Origin: Spironucleus salmonicida
Lineage: Eukaryota
Direction: 5' to 3'
DNA length: 64,000 nucleotides
NCBI RefSeq assembly: GCF_000497125.1
Contig: NC_090598.1
Span: 992,001-1,056,000, forward strand
The position numbers and the translations under genes are program-made. The notes beneath the pieces were generated by a model. The model saw only the letters and a list, made by a program, of their open reading frames with translations, did no database searches and was not told where the DNA came from. Shown here piece after piece: positions 59,846-64,000 of the stretch (its first letter is position 1; every line of letters starts with the position of its first letter).

Positions 59846-62182
59846 TCAGTCGTAAAAGCCCTCCTCCGCGCCCTCCACGCCGAACTGCCGCTGGTGCTCC
59901 TTGATCGTCCGCGTGAGCACGGTCTCGCGCTGGGCGCCCTCCACCTTGCGGGCCATCGCGGGCTTCGTGAAGTGCGGCCGGGCGAACTCCTCGGCCGCCT
60001 CCTCGCGGTAGACCTTCCGCGGCACCCGCACCATCTCGTCGTTCTTCGCCTGCTCGAACCGCTTCCGGTGCGCCGCCGCCAGCTTGCGCTTCGCTGCGCG
60101 GACCTCCAGGGGGCTGACACGGGTCAGGAACTCCTTGGAGCGGTCGAACAGGATCTCGGTCTTCTGCAGTACCCCGTCCGCCAGCAGCCCGTCCCGCTCG
60201 GCCCGGGAGGCGAAGCGCAGGCCCATCGCCAGGTTCGCGAGGGCGAGCTGGAGGAAGTGCTGCTGCTCGCGGATGTCGTCCAGCTGGAACTCCTTGAGGA
60301 AGCGGTAGGGCTTCGCCGCGAACTGCACCTTCTGCACCAGGGGAGACTTGTTCAGCACGTAGTGCCGGCCGTCCTTGAGCACGTACTGGTTGCACATCTG
60401 GAGCACCCGGATGTGCTCCTCCAGCTCCTGCGCTCCGAGCCCCGCCGTCTCCAGCGGCACGTAGAAGCCGTAGATCGCCTCCGTCTCCGCCCTCACCCGC
60501 GCGATGCTCTCCTCGCAGCGGCAGATCTGGTGCTGCAGCGCCTGCACGCACGAGTCATCCGTCCGTGCGGCGCTCTGGAGGCTCTGGAGCTGCTGCAGGT
60601 CGCTCTGCTTGTCGGTTTGGTTCACGCTCGCCTGCTGCAGGCACTCCAGGCACTGGATCACGGACTTGAAGTGGAGGTTGGGCGGCACCACGGAGTGGAT
60701 CAGCAGGTCGAACGCCTCCCTCAGCACCGGCAGGCCGTGCCGGAGGTCGTACGCCAGGCCGACCTTCTCCAGGTCGAAGTCGTAGAACTGCTTGTCGATG
60801 CGGAAGTTCTGGAACTGCCCGAAGGCCCTGAAGAGCTCGTGCTTCTGGCACCGCACCAGCGCGTCGCAAACCCGCTCGGCCAGGCTGTCGCCCCGGTTGA
60901 AGTTCGTCGTCCGCGAGGCCGCTACCTGGATCTGGCCCGGGTCGGATATCTGCGGGAGCGCAATGTCGTAGTGCTGTGCAATGTCTACGGACGTGGCCGC
61001 CATGATCCGCCCCCGGATGTCCCGCAGCATGTCGGCCAGGTTGAAGTCGATGAACACCAGCGCCGTGTCCTGCCTGTTCACCTTCTGGAACGTCTCGTCC
61101 TGGAAGTCGGCCAGCCGGTGCGAGTAGGACGCGAACTTGATGACCTCGGGTAGGCGGAGCGCGTCCATCTCCCCCTCGAGCGCGGGCTCCTGGACGCCGT
61201 GCGCGCTCTGCGGCACGCTTGGCTCGAAGTGGTGTGCGGCCGCCGCCGAGGCCGTGGGGGTCTGCAGCCGCGACTTGGTGTCATTTCCCTGGTCCTTGAT
61301 CTGGCGCATCAGGTCCTCCTCCTTGACGCGCAGCTCGGCCACCGACGCCTTCAGGATGCCCAGCTGCGCGAGGCTGTCCACGAGCAGCTTCGACCGCAAG
61401 CTCGCGCTCAGCAGCTGCGACTCGAGCGAGATGTGGCCCAGCAGGTCGTCCAGCGTCATGCGCAGGCTGGTCTCCTTCTGCGCGAGCGCCTCGATGATTT
61501 GGCCCAGGTCGTCGTTCTTGGTCGCCTCCGAGCTCGCCTCCGCGAACACCAGATGCTGTATCTCGGCCAGCTTGGCGAAACCGCTGTCGATGCCCGCCTC
61601 CAGCCGGTCCAGGCCCTCGAGGCGGCCCGCGACGCCCTCCACGAGCCCGCCGGCGCAGCTGATTGTGGTGGTGGAGTGCGTGAGGAGCCGCACGAACTCC
61701 AGCTCCCGGGCCACGAACTCGCTCCGGTTCAGCTCGTGGTACTTCTTCGCGTAGATCGTCGGGCGCGGCGGCTGCACGGAGAGCAGCAGGTCGCTGGCCT
61801 CCGGCGCGGGGGAGGCCGGCGCGGCGCTCTGCACCGCGGTGCTGCGCTGCTGCTTCAGCGTCTGGTGCTCGCACATCCGGCGGTAGAGGACCTGCTGCTG
61901 CAGCTGCGAGGTGTAGCGCTTGGGAAACTCGCACGCCTCGATCTCGCTCTGGACCAGGCTCTTTGCGTCCTCGAGCTTCTGGGACCTCGCCGCCTGCAGC
62001 TGCTCCTGCCTCTGCAGCTTCGCAGCGCGCTTCTCGGCCTCCTGCACCGCGAAGTCCTCGTAGAAGGCCCTATTCTGCTTCTTCAGGGCCGAGAGGGAGA
62101 GCGTGGCTGGGCGCTGGAAGGACTTCATGGAGGACTTGAGCGTTGGTGTGATCGAGGTTGCGAATGGGTTGGATGAGTTCAT
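59846..62182 (-). CDS. Coiled-coil hypothetical protein, 778 aa (IR2 right copy)
   Basis: Mirror of 40388-42724 with three substitutions (Y/F, V/M, A/T). Confidence 0.85.
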   Translation of the reverse strand: MNSSNPFATSITPTLKSSMKSFQRPATLSLSALKKQNRAFYEDFAVQEAEKRAAKLQRQEQLQAARSQKLEDAKSLVQSEIEACEFPKRYTSQLQQQVLYRRMCEHQTLKQQRSTAVQSAAPASPAPEASDLLLSVQPPRPTIYAKKYHELNRSEFVARELEFVRLLTHSTTTISCAGGLVEGVAGRLEGLDRLEAGIDSGFAKLAEIQHLVFAEASSEATKNDDLGQIIEALAQKETSLRMTLDDLLGHISLESQLLSASLRSKLLVDSLAQLGILKASVAELRVKEEDLMRQIKDQGNDTKSRLQTPTASAAAAHHFEPSVPQSAHGVQEPALEGEMDALRLPEVIKFASYSHRLADFQDETFQKVNRQDTALVFIDFNLADMLRDIRGRIMAATSVDIAQHYDIALPQISDPGQIQVAASRTTNFNRGDSLAERVCDALVRCQKHELFRAFGQFQNFRIDKQFYDFDLEKVGLAYDLRHGLPVLREAFDLLIHSVVPPNLHFKSVIQCLECLQQASVNQTDKQSDLQQLQSLQSAARTDDSCVQALQHQICRCEESIARVRAETEAIYGFYVPLETAGLGAQELEEHIRVLQMCNQYVLKDGRHYVLNKSPLVQKVQFAAKPYRFLKEFQLDDIREQQHFLQLALANLAMGLRFASRAERDGLLADGVLQKTEILFDRSKEFLTRVSPLEVRAAKRKLAAAHRKRFEQAKNDEMVRVPRKVYREEAAEEFARPHFTKPAMARKVEGAQRETVLTRTIKEHQRQFGVEGAEEGFYD

Positions 62183-62595
62183 AATGCGATGCGGCAAGTA
62201 TCCCGCCCTCGGTATAATAATACTCCAAAATGCAGTGAAATGAAACGCTAGCGCTGGGACATGTTGCTAGCGTCAGGCAGGGTCCGGCCACTGCCTGGTG
62301 GTGTTTGCGTACGACCTTGGTCACCAGAGGCGGCCGCTTAGTAGTCCACGTCCACGCTTATAGAATGCGTGCGACGCGCGTGCCGATGCGAGTCGTATGC
62401 TCGTAGCAGTACTTTTGCGCTACGATTTTGCGGAACGCGCGCGAATTAGCATCTTTGGTATTTACGGCAAACGGCCACTCACAGATGAGCGTTTACTTGC
62501 GCATTGCGAATGCAAACTGGCATGTCGGTTTTGGCGGTTGTACTAGCCCCGAATACTCGCAACCTCAAGTACGCTCGATAAAGAAATTAACTCTG

Positions 62596-64000
62596 TCACT
62601 TCTGGTCCGCGTTGAGCACTCCAGAGCTATGCTTTACAAGGAAAAATAGCTGCTTAAACTGGACAAATCGCTTCAAGCGCACTGGGAACACCAATTCTAC
62701 ATGGTACATGATTGCATCCTCCCACGTAATCTGTCTGTCGTAAGATGATTGGTGCTATTTGAACATTCTGCCATCCTTGTAATAATACGTCATCTTAATA
62801 TTCAGCCCTAAATAGTACTTCAATCCCGCCCTCAAGACAAAACTATCGATATTCAAGTGTGATAGCTGTTCGGGGTCATACGACGCGGATTTGGCGACTT
62901 TAATGCTATTGATATATAAGTACTGTATAGATTTCATTTTTATTAACTACTCGAACTAGGAAACACAGCTTTTTTGAATCTTGACCCCTACAATTTTCAC
63001 GTACTTGATGTCTAGCAAAACAGGTACCGACAACGTTGAGATCTAAATATTATCAAGTGATATCTTCTTAAGAGTGTTGACGATGTACAATTATATAAAA
63101 TTTACATTATTGTGCACCATGTATCTCGAGATCGAGAGTTCTTCCAAAACCTCGCAACTCTGTAGCGCTGTAGACAGAAGATCCTTGTCAATGAACGTCT
63201 CCAGCATGCGCTCATGTTTGGTCTGCGGGTCTTCATTGCTGTGTAAAGCAGCAGATTTGCGGTCCAGAACCACAATACCCGGCATCCTATTAGCCTCTCC
63301 AGACGCACCCACAACCGATTCAGATTCAGCATGCCCTGATGCGGAATCCGCGATAGGTTCATAAATTTCAGTTTCGAACAAGTTCAACCGTTTCATGCAT
63401 TTTGGGAGCGAAAAGCTGTGCAAAATTTGGCAGTGATAGCTCTGCTCCACCAACTCTGTCTTCTCTGTATCAATTACTGTGAGATTCCCAATGAGGCTGA
63501 AACTGTGCTGCACCTCGGTGAAAATGTGCTCAGGAACGATCAGCTAGTCGACTTTCACAATGGATATAAGTTCAAAGGTTTACCTGCAAAACGTATCAAA
63601 TATACGCTGGCTTTATTCCCCGCTCAGCAGGACTTCCTCTAGGGACAATCTAACCAAGCCCTCACAATACGGAACGCAATCCAGTAGGAAGCTGTCGTGC
63701 GGCGCCATCGCCTTACACTGCTACTGACTGTAATTGTAAAAATCTGATTTTAGAGTTAGCCCCTAAAAACTATCGGGGAAGGCATATGAAAAATTCCCGA
63801 TGACCACATTGTTAAGGACGTAGTTCTGGACTTTGCACAGAATTTCCAGGTTAAGAATTGCGTAAAAGCTGATTTCAAGATGCTCCAGGCACTGTGTATG
63901 CTCTCCTATGACAAATTTTTCCATTGATTGCTTTGTAGAATACCTTTTGCTGAAGAACCGCCCTGGATCCAATACAAGCTTTTTTAGATCGGCTATCTAG
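62596..64000 (-). CDS. LRR-like protein, 3' part (IR2 right copy; 5' end outside window)
   Basis: Mirror of 38570-39974 with several substitutions. Confidence 0.7.

Larger units (their letters stand above)
53741..64000. repeat. Inverted repeat IR2, right arm (runs off window end)
   Basis: Mirror of 38570-48829. Confidence 0.97.

Noticed and set aside
40300-62300. GC-rich block as a horizontally acquired island, prophage or contaminant
   Set aside because: Genes are eukaryote-type (RFC, eIF2B family) and carry host AGTGA and CTCCAC signals. One ORF runs continuously from AT-rich spacer into the GC block; no integrase or transposase is present.
1-64000. tRNA, rRNA, CRISPR arrays, spliceosomal introns, telomeric repeats
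   Set aside because: None recognised by eye; intact genes translate without needing introns. Covariance-model searches were not possible.

Overview
Gene-dense eukaryotic DNA with no introns seen. It reads correctly only with translation table 6 (TAA/TAG = Gln, TGA the only stop). This code, stops embedded in AGTGA, a C-rich (CTCCAC/CCACTCC) element before ATGs and very short intergenic gaps point to a hexamitid diplomonad, most likely Spironucleus salmonicida (inference). The supplied ORF track uses the standard code, so it fragments AT-rich genes; I re-translated the genes by hand. Single-copy genes include an amino-acid permease, a DHA2-type MFS transporter, a C2HC zinc-finger protein, a MATE pseudogene, a DHHC palmitoyltransferase, ribosomal protein eS7, ESCRT-III CHMP1/Vps46, an HMG-box protein and several hypotheticals. 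Two long, near-identical inverted duplications with unique spacers dominate the window. IR1 has arms 16842-21995 and 24739-29892 (Myb, Myb-like and CHY zinc-finger genes). IR2 has arms <=38570-48829 and 53741->64000 (RFC small subunit, eIF2B-family protein, threonine dehydratase, coiled-coil and LRR-like genes). The core of IR2 and a three-copy Myb-like gene are strongly GC-enriched and almost free of TAA/TAG Gln codons. At the inner edge of IR2 the GC/codon switch falls inside one gene, at the repeat breakpoint. This suggests arm-to-arm GC-biased gene conversion that locally reverts codon usage to the canonical set. No rRNA, tRNA, CRISPR or recognisable mobile element was found.
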